From: a virus
Lineage: Duplodnaviria > Caudoviricetes
IMG/VR virus record: IMGVR_UViG_3300011337_000246
Location: 1 to 30,952 of that record
Length of the DNA stretch: 30,952 nt
Strand: one strand, 5' to 3'
The first letter of the stretch is position 1; each line of letters begins with the position of its first letter. The position numbers were made by a program, and so were the translations under genes. Below are positions 8,550 through 16,512 of this stretch, piece by piece. The notes beneath the pieces were generated by a model. It worked only from the letters and a program-made list of their open reading frames with translations, did no database searches and was not told where the DNA came from.

Positions 8550-8750
8550 ATGAAAACTTACATAGCAACAATTACCAAAGCATTAGGCAAACAAGAAAAA
8601 GTACAAGTTTATGCTTCATCAAAAAAACAAGTAGTATCAATTTTGAGCAATGATTTCAAACTTGGTATAGCACCAATAACTACAAAACAAGTAATATTGT
8701 TTTCATCATTGCCAACAAGTGAACAATCATTCTACTATCCACAATACTAA
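8550..8750 (+). CDS. hypothetical protein
   Basis: 66 aa ORF in the operon. Confidence 0.55.
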   Translation: MKTYIATITKALGKQEKVQVYASSKKQVVSILSNDFKLGIAPITTKQVILFSSLPTSEQSFYYPQY

Positions 8751-8751
8751 T

Positions 8752-8985
8752 ATGACAAGAACAGAAATGACAAAACAGAACCGAGACCAATTAGCCACAG
8801 ACTATAACTTACGAATAAAGTTAAGTTTAGATTTGGGCTGCAACGAAAGAACTATCCAGCGATGGGCGGTTAATAACTCACCTAAGTTGACAACAGATTC
8901 ATTCCTAAGTTACTTCAAAAAGCACACTAACTGGACAGAACCATTAACCAAAGAAATCAAAATCAAACAATTAATCGAACACTAA
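8752..8985 (+). CDS. Cro-like HTH protein
   Basis: RIKLSLDLGCNERTIQRW helix-turn-helix; likely start at ATG 8752. Confidence 0.55.
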   Translation: MTRTEMTKQNRDQLATDYNLRIKLSLDLGCNERTIQRWAVNNSPKLTTDSFLSYFKKHTNWTEPLTKEIKIKQLIEH

Positions 8986-8989
8986 CAAA

Positions 8990-9217
8990 ATGGAAAAACT
9001 ACTAAAAAAACTATTGTATGGTGAAGATGTGAAACCTATCACCAACAAGTCAAGACCAAACACTATTCTATCACGATACGAAAGGGTACAAAGACTGCGA
9101 AACATTGCGATTGATGATAACACCTTCTGCAAAGTATACCAAGCTAATAGGCTGCTAAAAGACCTTACAATTCAATTAAATCAAATTAATTCTTACCAAA
9201 TACTAAACTTTAACTAA
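8990..9217 (+). CDS. hypothetical protein
   Basis: 75 aa ORF. Confidence 0.55.
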   Translation: MEKLLKKLLYGEDVKPITNKSRPNTILSRYERVQRLRNIAIDDNTFCKVYQANRLLKDLTIQLNQINSYQILNFN

Positions 9218-9218
9218 A

Positions 9219-9539
9219 ATGGAAAATCCTTTTGAAGAACTTAATCAAAAATTAGAAAATGTAGAAAAAATGCTTTTAGCTGTTTTAGATGTTTTGTCAA
9301 ATCAAGAAAAACAAAAATTACAATCTGAGCAATCCGAGTTATTAACTCGAAATGAAGTTTGCGACCTTCTAAACATTACACTCCCAACCTTGCACCAATG
9401 GGGTAAAAATGGAACATTAGTGGGAACAAAAATAGGCACTAGAATTAGATATAGTAGGTCTGAAATTAATGAAATTCTTTTACAAGGTAGGTTTAAATAT
9501 AAACACAATAGAAATGACAACACCACACCAAACAACTAA
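9219..9539 (+). CDS. excisionase/MerR-like HTH protein
   Basis: LLTRNEVCDLLNITLPTLHQW.K.G.L...KIG.RIRY, the HTH_17 pattern. Confidence 0.85.
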   Translation: MENPFEELNQKLENVEKMLLAVLDVLSNQEKQKLQSEQSELLTRNEVCDLLNITLPTLHQWGKNGTLVGTKIGTRIRYSRSEINEILLQGRFKYKHNRNDNTTPNN

Positions 9540-10119
9540 AGAATGTCTTATCCGCAACTTTCAAGAGGAATTAGACATCGAAGAAACATTTACCACACCA
9601 AACTATCGTTCACTATTCAACATAGCAACCGACATGATTATTGTGCTATATGAAGTTGAAACCGCACGAAAGATGTATTCTGATATTTACGCAAGTCTAT
9701 TGAAACATTCACCTGATAAAATGGACTGGTTTATTCGCAAAATGTGGAATCACAACTTTGAGTTAAAATTAGATAACAGTGATTTTGACAAGTTATTAGC
9801 TGCGATAAACATTAGCCGAACTTATGGTTTTAAGGTAATAGATGCACGCTCAATCCTGCACGATACATTAGGACACATCATTGAGGTACAATACACACCA
9901 AAGCAATCTAATTTTATCTTCAATTCAATCCTAAACTATGACCAAGTATTGACCGCAGTTAGTGAATACAAAGACACCGCATTAATTGACACTTGTGACT
10001 TCGGAGTACCTGAACATAGAGAAATACCAGTAATGTATGACTTGAACGATATGAGTTTAGAAGATATCTGTGAGGCATATTTTAACATTGGTGGCAAACC
10101 TTTAATAATAGAACCATAA
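9514..10119 (+). CDS. hypothetical protein
   Basis: Long ORF; ATG 9514 minimises the overlap with the upstream gene. Confidence 0.6.
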   Translation: MTTPHQTTKECLIRNFQEELDIEETFTTPNYRSLFNIATDMIIVLYEVETARKMYSDIYASLLKHSPDKMDWFIRKMWNHNFELKLDNSDFDKLLAAINISRTYGFKVIDARSILHDTLGHIIEVQYTPKQSNFIFNSILNYDQVLTAVSEYKDTALIDTCDFGVPEHREIPVMYDLNDMSLEDICEAYFNIGGKPLIIEP

Positions 10120-10301
10120 TGGAAAGAGCATTAGCAACCCGAAAAGAAAAAGAATATCTTGAAAAGATTATGCCCGAGATGATTGATTACTGCAGGTGGG
10201 GAGATACAACATGGGGATTTTCAGTACCTGATTACTGGGTGATTTATTTCAAAAGAGGTTTTACAATTACAAGATTTATTTCAGCACTAAACATAAAATA
10301 A
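10119..10301 (+). CDS. hypothetical protein
   Basis: TAATG coupling; 60 aa. Confidence 0.5.
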   Translation: MERALATRKEKEYLEKIMPEMIDYCRWGDTTWGFSVPDYWVIYFKRGFTITRFISALNIK

Positions 10302-10302
10302 A

Positions 10303-10566
10303 ATGCCAAGAACAAGACACATAACAACACTCGAGCAGACATCAATAGGTGCTAATGGATTTAGACTGCAATACTTATATGAAAAGAAACTATTTGAAGT
10401 ATGCCATTCACATCACAATGGTAAATCAGATGTAATAGATAGGACATTATTCATAGAGGAACACGATGCACGAAAGTATTTAGAACAGCTAATGGCTGAA
10501 ACGCAAGAGCGAATTAACGAATTTAAAGTAAACGAATCATTCCCTTTAATCACTAAAATAATATGA
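10303..10566 (+). CDS. hypothetical protein
   Basis: 87 aa; operon packing. Confidence 0.55.
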   Translation: MPRTRHITTLEQTSIGANGFRLQYLYEKKLFEVCHSHHNGKSDVIDRTLFIEEHDARKYLEQLMAETQERINEFKVNESFPLITKII

Positions 10567-10796
10567 GAAATATAAGCGAACAATATAAGACATTACAGCG
10601 AGAAAGGTTGAGACTTTTCGAGTGCCAAAGAAACCATACAGCAGCGTTAAATAGACGCTACCTATATGAGACTGATGAAGCATACAGAGAATGCACAGAT
10701 GCACTAATTGAGTGGGACAAACAAACAGAATTAGTCGCAAGATTGCAGATTGAATATACCAATTTAACAACATCAAAAGCCTTAAGTTATGAGTAG
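10563..10796 (+). CDS. hypothetical coiled-coil protein
   Basis: ATGA overlap; 77 aa. Confidence 0.55.
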   Translation: MRNISEQYKTLQRERLRLFECQRNHTAALNRRYLYETDEAYRECTDALIEWDKQTELVARLQIEYTNLTTSKALSYE

Positions 10797-10989
10797 AGAA
10801 AAACCATCACACAAAAGAATAGATTACAAGTCAGGTAAAACCGAATCAGTAGTCATGGAAAGAGACCTGCACAATGCTAACTATCGAATTATCTTGTATA
10901 AAAAGGGCGGTGTAGGAATAGTCCAGTATAGAAATAGTACAAAAGAGGCAACAGAATTATTTAACGAACTTTTAAAAGAACTGAAATGA
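10789..10989 (+). CDS. hypothetical protein
   Basis: 66 aa; overlaps both neighbours. Confidence 0.5.
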   Translation: MSREKPSHKRIDYKSGKTESVVMERDLHNANYRIILYKKGGVGIVQYRNSTKEATELFNELLKELK

Positions 10990-11216
10990 ACTACCAACTA
11001 TTAGAAGATTTAACAACTAATTTAAGACAAATTTTGAATTTGATTAGGGATTATAAAGAACAGATTATATACTTGCAGGAGAAATGGGCAGAGGTGCAAG
11101 ATACACATAGCAGCAAGTTATTCTTAACACAAATTACGAACTGCGAAGCCCAAATCAAACACAACGAAAAGCAATACAAACAAACCATTAACCAAATTAA
11201 TGAACTACTACAATGA
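10986..11216 (+). CDS. hypothetical coiled-coil protein
   Basis: ATGA overlaps at both ends. Confidence 0.55.
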   Translation: MNYQLLEDLTTNLRQILNLIRDYKEQIIYLQEKWAEVQDTHSSKLFLTQITNCEAQIKHNEKQYKQTINQINELLQ

Positions 11217-11764
11217 AAACACAAGAACAATTAAAACAAGAATTATCAGCACCTCTACCAAGTGAGGCAGTAAGTCAACATCCAACTAAAACCTACTTAA
11301 GCAGCATTAAAGCAATCTATGTAACCGAAAGATTAAATGATGTTTTTGGAATAGGAAAATGGCAAACTAAAGTCGAAAAAATAGCAGATGGAGATAAAGG
11401 AATGGTTGTGGTTAAACTTACTTTTTTAGTACCTGACTATCAAATATCTTATGAATGTTATGGTGGCAATGATAACGGAGGTTATGATAGTAAAAACTTT
11501 GATTTAGGAGATGCCTATAAAGGTGCTACTACCGATGCAATAACTAAAGTATGTTCATTCTTAGGAATAGGAATTGAAGTATTTAAAGGTAATAAAAATC
11601 CAACTCCAAAAACTTATCCTGACAATGATTTACCTTGGATAAACGATAAACAAGTTGCTGACCTGGTACAACGAATTAAAGGTGGCGAACAAGGATTAGT
11701 TGAAAAGGCTAAAAAATCATTTAAAATAAGTAAAGCAAATTTAGAAAAATTAACTACTGCATAA
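11213..11764 (+). CDS. sak: Rad52/Sak-family single-strand annealing protein
   Basis: L.APLP...V...YV.ERLNDVFG.G.W and AYKGA.TDA.TK....LGIG motifs. Confidence 0.8.
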   Translation: MKTQEQLKQELSAPLPSEAVSQHPTKTYLSSIKAIYVTERLNDVFGIGKWQTKVEKIADGDKGMVVVKLTFLVPDYQISYECYGGNDNGGYDSKNFDLGDAYKGATTDAITKVCSFLGIGIEVFKGNKNPTPKTYPDNDLPWINDKQVADLVQRIKGGEQGLVEKAKKSFKISKANLEKLTTA

Positions 11765-11765
11765 A

Positions 11766-12233
11766 ATGGAAACTACAATTAATACATTATCAATTTTACC
11801 ATCTACTAAAGATGAAATTCAAAATTTTAGTATTAAAATTATTTCAGAATTAGAATCTGGAAGAATCAACCCACTTGATTTATTAAAGCAAATTAAATGC
11901 TTTGAAAAAGTAATTGAACAAACAAAAGATACTCTTTCAAAAATGGCAAGGGAAGAAGCAGAAAAGTATGGTGCTAAAAACTTTGATTTTAAAGGGGTAA
12001 AAATAGAATTAGCGGAAGTAGGTACTAAATATGATTATAGCAAATGTAATGACTTTGTAATGGCTAAAGTAAGCGAAGACTTAGCTAAGTTGAATGAAAC
12101 AAAAAAGCAACGTGAAACATTTTTAAAATCACTAAAAGACCCTATTAGCTTGATTGATGAAGAAAGTGGCGATGTATTTCAAATATTGCCACCAGTAAAA
12201 TCAAGTTCATCAAGTTTAAAGGTAACTATCTAA
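11766..12233 (+). CDS. hypothetical recombination-module protein
   Basis: 155 aa directly after Sak; G.KYDYS.C.D motif. Confidence 0.6.
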   Translation: METTINTLSILPSTKDEIQNFSIKIISELESGRINPLDLLKQIKCFEKVIEQTKDTLSKMAREEAEKYGAKNFDFKGVKIELAEVGTKYDYSKCNDFVMAKVSEDLAKLNETKKQRETFLKSLKDPISLIDEESGDVFQILPPVKSSSSSLKVTI

Positions 12234-12598
12234 TGGCTACAATCGTAAAATTAACCCTTGCTGCTTGTTTGGAAAGCTACCGACCACGCAAGGATAAATC
12301 ATTCACATTAACATTCTCAACATCTGAATTACGAGAACATGAAATTATCACTATTAATCAATTAATGAGTAAAATAGGCGCATTGCATTTTACCGAAAGT
12401 GATAAGATTGAGGATGAAGATTTGGCTAAAATGGATGTAATTGATAAAGAAATAAACAACAAAAGTCAGAGTACAAGACTAAGGAATACATTGTTTGTTT
12501 TACATCAACAAAATGGTGGTAATAATGCAAGTTTTAAAGACTTTTATACAACTGAAACTGAAAAGATTATTAATCATTATAAGGCTAAATTAGGCTAA
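12233..12598 (+). CDS. hypothetical protein
   Basis: 121 aa with KSQSTRLRN.L...F..FY....EKII; upstream of NinG. Confidence 0.6.
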   Translation: MATIVKLTLAACLESYRPRKDKSFTLTFSTSELREHEIITINQLMSKIGALHFTESDKIEDEDLAKMDVIDKEINNKSQSTRLRNTLFVLHQQNGGNNASFKDFYTTETEKIINHYKAKLG

Positions 12599-13116
12599 TG
12601 GCTAAGTGTGCATTTTGCAAAAAACAATTTACTCAATTCAATAGCTTAAACAAGGTATGTTCTATCATGTGTGCTATTGAGTTGGGCAAATTGAAGCCAG
12701 TCAAAGTAAACGAAAAGAGAGTTAATTCACAGCTAAAGAAAGAAGCTAAACAGAAACTTGAAACGTATTCACAAAAGGTAAATAAGGTCAAAGTAATATT
12801 CCAAAAGTGGATAAGAGAAAGGGACAAAGACTTGCCTTGTATCTCATGTGGAACAACTAAAGCAAGTATGTGGCACGCATCACATTTCAAGAAAGCAGAA
12901 ACATTCAGCGGTGTTATATTCAATGAGTTGAACACTTGGAAATCGTGCAGTAAATGCAACGTATTTCTAAATGGCAATGAGTTAAAATATCGTGAAAACT
13001 TAGTAAAGAAAATCGGAGTTGAAGCAGTTGAAGCACTGGAGCAGTTAGCGAATGAAACACGCACAAAGAAATGGACAATAGAAGAATTACAAGAAATTAA
13101 AAGAAAGTACAAATGA
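12598..13116 (+). CDS. ninG: NinG/Rap-family junction endonuclease
   Basis: C..C...F......CS..CA N-terminus; WIR.RD...PCISCG, W.ASHF, C..CN.FL.GN...YR..L..KIG. Confidence 0.9.
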   Translation: MAKCAFCKKQFTQFNSLNKVCSIMCAIELGKLKPVKVNEKRVNSQLKKEAKQKLETYSQKVNKVKVIFQKWIRERDKDLPCISCGTTKASMWHASHFKKAETFSGVIFNELNTWKSCSKCNVFLNGNELKYRENLVKKIGVEAVEALEQLANETRTKKWTIEELQEIKRKYK

Positions 13117-13475
13117 AAACAATAACAATAGAATACGATGGATTAGAGACCTCAATTAAATGGTCAGACAATGTTACACCAATCGAAGCATTAGGTATGC
13201 TTAGATATCATGAAAAGAATGTCTTTGTAGGTTTATTAAACTATAATGATAGTCGAAAAAAAGATGAAGTAACATTGAAGAAAGATGAAATCTACATACA
13301 AGATTTAGGACTATCAGAAAGGACTATAAATTGTCTAAGAGGCGAAGGTATTAAAACACTTACCGACCTATGTAAATACGATTTTAGAGACCTTATAAGG
13401 ATTAGAAATTTTGGGAACAAATCACTACATGAAATCAAAGTAATATCAGATAAGTACAACTTAAATTTAAAATAA
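13113..13475 (+). CDS. protein with RNA polymerase alpha-subunit C-terminal domain
   Basis: IQDLGLSERTINCLRGEGIKTLTDL......L.RIRNFGNKSL.EI matches the alpha-CTD signature. Confidence 0.85.
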   Translation: MKTITIEYDGLETSIKWSDNVTPIEALGMLRYHEKNVFVGLLNYNDSRKKDEVTLKKDEIYIQDLGLSERTINCLRGEGIKTLTDLCKYDFRDLIRIRNFGNKSLHEIKVISDKYNLNLK

Positions 13476-13491
13476 CCAAACCAATAAAACC

Positions 13492-13758
13492 ATGAAAAAA
13501 CCAAAAACACAAACCGAAGCTATTATAAACTACTTAATAGCAGGAAACAAAATCACCTCAATCCAAGCGACACAAAGGCAATTTGGATATTGTACTAAGT
13601 TACCGCAGCGAATAGCAGAAATTATTGAACTGGGATTCTCAATCAAGAAAGAACGAGTGAATAAACTATCCATATTTGGAAATAACTGCTCATTTGTTGA
13701 GTATAGTTTAGACATAAAAAAGACATCAAAAAAACTTATAAAAAATTATACAAATTAA
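13492..13758 (+). CDS. winged-helix DNA-binding protein
   Basis: TQ.EAI..YL..G.KITS.QA...FG...L..RI.E. Confidence 0.7.
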   Translation: MKKPKTQTEAIINYLIAGNKITSIQATQRQFGYCTKLPQRIAEIIELGFSIKKERVNKLSIFGNNCSFVEYSLDIKKTSKKLIKNYTN

Positions 13759-13779
13759 TGTTTGTTTATTTTAAAAAGT

Positions 13780-13787
13780 TATCTTTG
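13780..13787 (+). promoter_or_regulatory. -7 promoter element (TATCTTTG) upstream of the replication gene
   Basis: TAnnTTTG, intergenic, with a TTTG upstream at 13761. Confidence 0.55.
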
Positions 13788-13806
13788 TAAAAGAAAATTG
13801 GAGCAA

Positions 13807-13926
13807 CAAGTTTGACCACTTGCCAAAAAATAAGATATGAAAATATTTAAACTAAGCATCGTTATAAGTATCTGTAATCCTTCATTCGGGATTTGGTCAA
13901 ACAGAGAAAGTAGCGATGCTTTTTTT
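13807..13926 (+). promoter_or_regulatory. structured leader of the replication gene (kissing loop/attenuator-like)
   Basis: GTTTGACCA (13810-13818) is complementary to TGGTCAAAC (13894-13902); AAGCATCGTTA/TAGCGATGCTT stem followed by a T tract. Confidence 0.5.
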
Positions 13927-13936
13927 ATGCAGGAAA

Positions 13937-14659
13937 ATGAAGGTTAAAAAGGAATATTGTAAAATCACAAAACAAGATATTGAGATTGCAGAAGTATTTT
14001 TTGAGAATGATAAGCACTTAGATGAATTTATTTCTAATGTTTTTAGATATTATTTGAAAAAAGATTTAACAATTAAAACAAAAATTGTAAAAAAGTATTT
14101 CGAGACCTACAAAAAGACTATGGACTATGTATTAGAAGCAAAAGAATTTGGATTAAAAGGTTATGAGGTAAAAGCTAATAATCAAGAAGATACAGAAGAT
14201 ACCCTTGAAGGGGTCTTAGATACCCCTCAAATACCCCTTAAAGATACCCTTGAAGCAAATAGTATAAAGGATAATAATATAAATAATAATAGTATAATAG
14301 TAAATGATATAAGTAAAAGTGAATCATTAATATTAAAACCAAAGAAAAAATCAAAACGTGAACTTGTAATACCAACTGAAAATGAATTTGTAGTATTTGG
14401 ATTAGCTTGTATTGAAAAAGCAGAAATGATAGGTAACTATGAATATGCTTTAAAAGCTAAATACTTTGCATATAACGAATCGGATTGGCATGATGGTAAT
14501 GGTAATAAGATTATTAATTGGAAGACTAAATTAGCTAATGTTATTCCATTCTTACCACCAATGATGAAAGGACAAAATTTGTCAACTGGTCAACCATCGA
14601 AAATGGAAAGCATGGTTAATTCAGCAAAAGAGGCACTTAATATGTTGCAGGATGAATAA
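13937..14659 (+). CDS. putative replication initiator
   Basis: Helical N-terminus, low-complexity linker with DNA repeats, and a C-terminal PT..EF....Y....W.DGNG.KI.NWK domain typical of phage replisome organisers; ATG 13937 preferred. Confidence 0.6.
   Translation: MKVKKEYCKITKQDIEIAEVFFENDKHLDEFISNVFRYYLKKDLTIKTKIVKKYFETYKKTMDYVLEAKEFGLKGYEVKANNQEDTEDTLEGVLDTPQIPLKDTLEANSIKDNNINNNSIIVNDISKSESLILKPKKKSKRELVIPTENEFVVFGLACIEKAEMIGNYEYALKAKYFAYNESDWHDGNGNKIINWKTKLANVIPFLPPMMKGQNLSTGQPSKMESMVNSAKEALNMLQDE
14185..14320. repeat. iteron-like repeats plus AT-rich tract (putative origin)
   Basis: Four (A/G)ATACCC(C/T)T copies including AAGATACCCTTGAAG twice, one inverted copy, then an AT-rich run. 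Confidence 0.55.
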
Positions 14660-14674
14660 CTATTGTATAGCAGA

Positions 14675-14732
14675 TAACGGTTCGCAAATAGGCGAAGCGT
14701 AGCGATAGCGGAGTTTTGCTTATTTGCTGTTA
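14675..14732. repeat. attC-like hairpin 1
   Basis: TAACG-GTTC-GCAAATAGGCGAAGC...GTTTTGCTTATTTGC-TGTTA. Confidence 0.8.
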
Positions 14733-14762
14733 CCACTTCGTTGCTATAAACAATAAAAATTA

Positions 14763-14966
14763 ATGAAAAAAGAAAAAATAAAATATACAGGTTGGTCATT
14801 TCACAATAGATGGAAAGCCACAAAGACATTCAGAAATGACAAGTGGTTAGTTTTTGGGTTATACACTTGGTGGGCTTCACCAACTGCGCTATACTATAAA
14901 TTAGGCCTATTTGGATTCGACATTCTTTTTCGTTTTGAAAGAGTGTCTAATGAAAACGCCACTTAG
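14763..14966 (+). CDS. cassette 1 hypothetical protein
   Basis: 67 aa, aromatic-rich; the stop lies in the right inverted repeat. Confidence 0.55.
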   Translation: MKKEKIKYTGWSFHNRWKATKTFRNDKWLVFGLYTWWASPTALYYKLGLFGFDILFRFERVSNENAT

Positions 14967-14976
14967 CAATGAGTGG

Positions 14977-15063
14977 TAACGTTTTGTGGCTTGGCGAAGG
15001 CTGCCTAACGGATGCTTATTTTTCGCACAAAACTTTATGGCAGCTTTTGCCAAACCGCTGTTA
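14977..15063. repeat. attC-like hairpin 2
   Basis: TAACG-TTTT-GTGGCTTGGCGAAGGCTGCC...GGCAGCTTTTGCCAAACCGC-TGTTA. Confidence 0.8.
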
Positions 15064-15106
15064 CCTGCTGGGCGGTTTATCAGTAGGAAATTAATTTAAA
15101 AAACAA

Positions 15107-15484
15107 ATGCAAACACAAATTTTAATCGGACTATTTATCTGCCATTTTTTAGCAGATTACACACACTTATCAACTGCTTGGATGCTTAATGCAAAGCGAT
15201 TAGGGAAACCGCTTTATCCAATTTTCACACACGCCTTTATTCATGCTTCACTTATGCTCGTATTACTTGCATTGGTGTTTGGATTTAGCGGTTTAAAATT
15301 GACTGCATTGTTCGGTTTTCAGTTGATTACACACTTTCTAATTGATGTGTGGAAAGGTAAAATGAATGGTTGGTTTCCTTCACTACAATCACCCGCTAAT
15401 AAATGGCATTGGATTGTGTTTGGATTTGACCAATTATTACACGCTTTAGTTATTATCGGAATGTCGTTATATGCAGTATCATAG
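15107..15484 (+). CDS. cassette 2 DUF3307-like membrane protein
   Basis: HFLADY, H..IH, HFLID..K and GFDQLLH motifs; four hydrophobic segments. Confidence 0.75.
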   Translation: MQTQILIGLFICHFLADYTHLSTAWMLNAKRLGKPLYPIFTHAFIHASLMLVLLALVFGFSGLKLTALFGFQLITHFLIDVWKGKMNGWFPSLQSPANKWHWIVFGFDQLLHALVIIGMSLYAVS

Positions 15485-15493
15485 CCTTGCAGG

Positions 15494-15620
15494 TAACGTT
15501 TTGCAGCTACCAGAAGGGCGGGATTTTAACCACAAAATAAACTTAGAAAGATGAATGATAATTTAACCACAAATGCTTCTAACGAAGCCGAAAGCCCCGC
15601 CTTTTTGGTAGGTGCTGTTA
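15494..15620. repeat. attC-like hairpin 3 (contains the start codon of the cassette 3 gene)
   Basis: TAACG-TTTT-GCAGCTACCAGAAGGGCGGG...CCCGCCTTTTTGGTAGGTGC-TGTTA. Confidence 0.8.
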
Positions 15621-15763
15621 TAGGTAGTGCTTGTTCACGGCATAAACCTAAACAGCTTGGGTACTTACAATGGTTTGATTGGGCAGATAAGAAAACAAAA
15701 CGAGGTGCAAAGCAAAAGCAATGTCCGAAATGTGGCAGGTGGTATTTTCGGGAGGAGTTTTAG
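15551..15763 (+). CDS. cassette 3 small Zn-ribbon-like protein
   Basis: C..H...QCPKCGRW; the N-terminus is encoded by the hairpin. Confidence 0.55.
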   Translation: MNDNLTTNASNEAESPAFLVGAVIGSACSRHKPKQLGYLQWFDWADKKTKRGAKQKQCPKCGRWYFREEF

Positions 15764-15772
15764 CATTACCTA

Positions 15773-15857
15773 TAACGTTCAGGCGGCTTTATGCTGTGGC
15801 AAGCAGTAAGCCTGAACTATAAATAAGTGTCCAGCCATAGCATAAAACCGCTTGTTA
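15773..15857. repeat. attC-like hairpin 4
   Basis: TAAC-GTTC-AGGCGGCTTTATGCTGTGGC...GCCATAGCATAAAACCGCTT-GTTA. Confidence 0.8.
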
Positions 15858-15879
15858 TAAGCCGTTAAAACTTATTCAA

Positions 15880-16182
15880 ATGCCGATTAAAGAAGAAAAT
15901 AAAAAACGTTATCCGAAAAACTGGAAGCAGATTTCAGAACGAATAAGATTTGAACGTGCAAATAACAAGTGCGAAGTATGTGGCTGCGAAAATTATCAAC
16001 CACACCCAATAACTGGAAGCAAAGTCATTTTAACAGTTGCACATTTAGACCATCAGCCAGAAAATTGCCAAGACGATAATTTAAAAGCGATGTGTCAAAA
16101 GTGTCATAATAATTATGATAGGCAGCATAGAAATCAAACTGTCCGTCAAAGCCGATTAAAAAACCAAATGTCGATGTTTTAA
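15880..16182 (+). CDS. cassette 4 HNH-family endonuclease-like protein
   Basis: YP.NW..IS..IR..RA..KCE.CG, LTVAHLDH.PEN....NL.A.CQ.CH..YD. Confidence 0.8.
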   Translation: MPIKEENKKRYPKNWKQISERIRFERANNKCEVCGCENYQPHPITGSKVILTVAHLDHQPENCQDDNLKAMCQKCHNNYDRQHRNQTVRQSRLKNQMSMF

Positions 16183-16189
16183 TGGCTTA

Positions 16190-16309
16190 TAACGTTTCGG
16201 GGGTTGGCGAAGGATGGCTTCCACTAAACTTAAAACGAAGAACAAATGACAAAAATTAAAACAGAACTTTCAAATGAAGCACAGCCAGCTTTTGCCCAAC
16301 CCCTTGTTA
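16190..16309. repeat. attC-like hairpin 5 (contains the start codon of the cassette 5 gene)
   Basis: TAACG-TTTC-GGGGGTTGGCGAAGGATGGCT...AGCCAGCTTTTGCCCAACCCCT-TGTTA. Confidence 0.8.
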
Positions 16310-16512
16310 GCGGTTCGGGCATTGATTGGAAATATTTTTTCGGTGGTAGTAGTGGTAGAACTTTTGACAGATACTATAAAGCCGAAATTAACGGAAAAAG
16401 AGTAGAGAAACACGCTTCAAATCGTGGTGTTAAATACGCTATAGGAAATATTGACGAAGCAAAGAAAAAATATAAAACCGAAAAGGAATTGTCGGAGGCG
16501 TGTTTTGCCTGA
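16246..16512 (+). CDS. cassette 5 hypothetical protein
   Basis: 88 aa; starts in the hairpin 5 loop and stops in the right inverted repeat. Confidence 0.55.
   Translation: MTKIKTELSNEAQPAFAQPLVSGSGIDWKYFFGGSSGRTFDRYYKAEINGKRVEKHASNRGVKYAIGNIDEAKKKYKTEKELSEACFA

Noticed and set aside
9219-9539. Evidence of an integrated prophage from the excisionase-like gene
   Set aside because: No integrase, att site or host genes appear in the window; HTH_17 proteins also act as plain regulators.
15627-15809. Alternative-frame 60-aa ORF in cassette 3
   Set aside because: It runs across the cassette boundary into hairpin 4, whereas the 15551 ORF stops in the inverted repeat like the other cargo genes.
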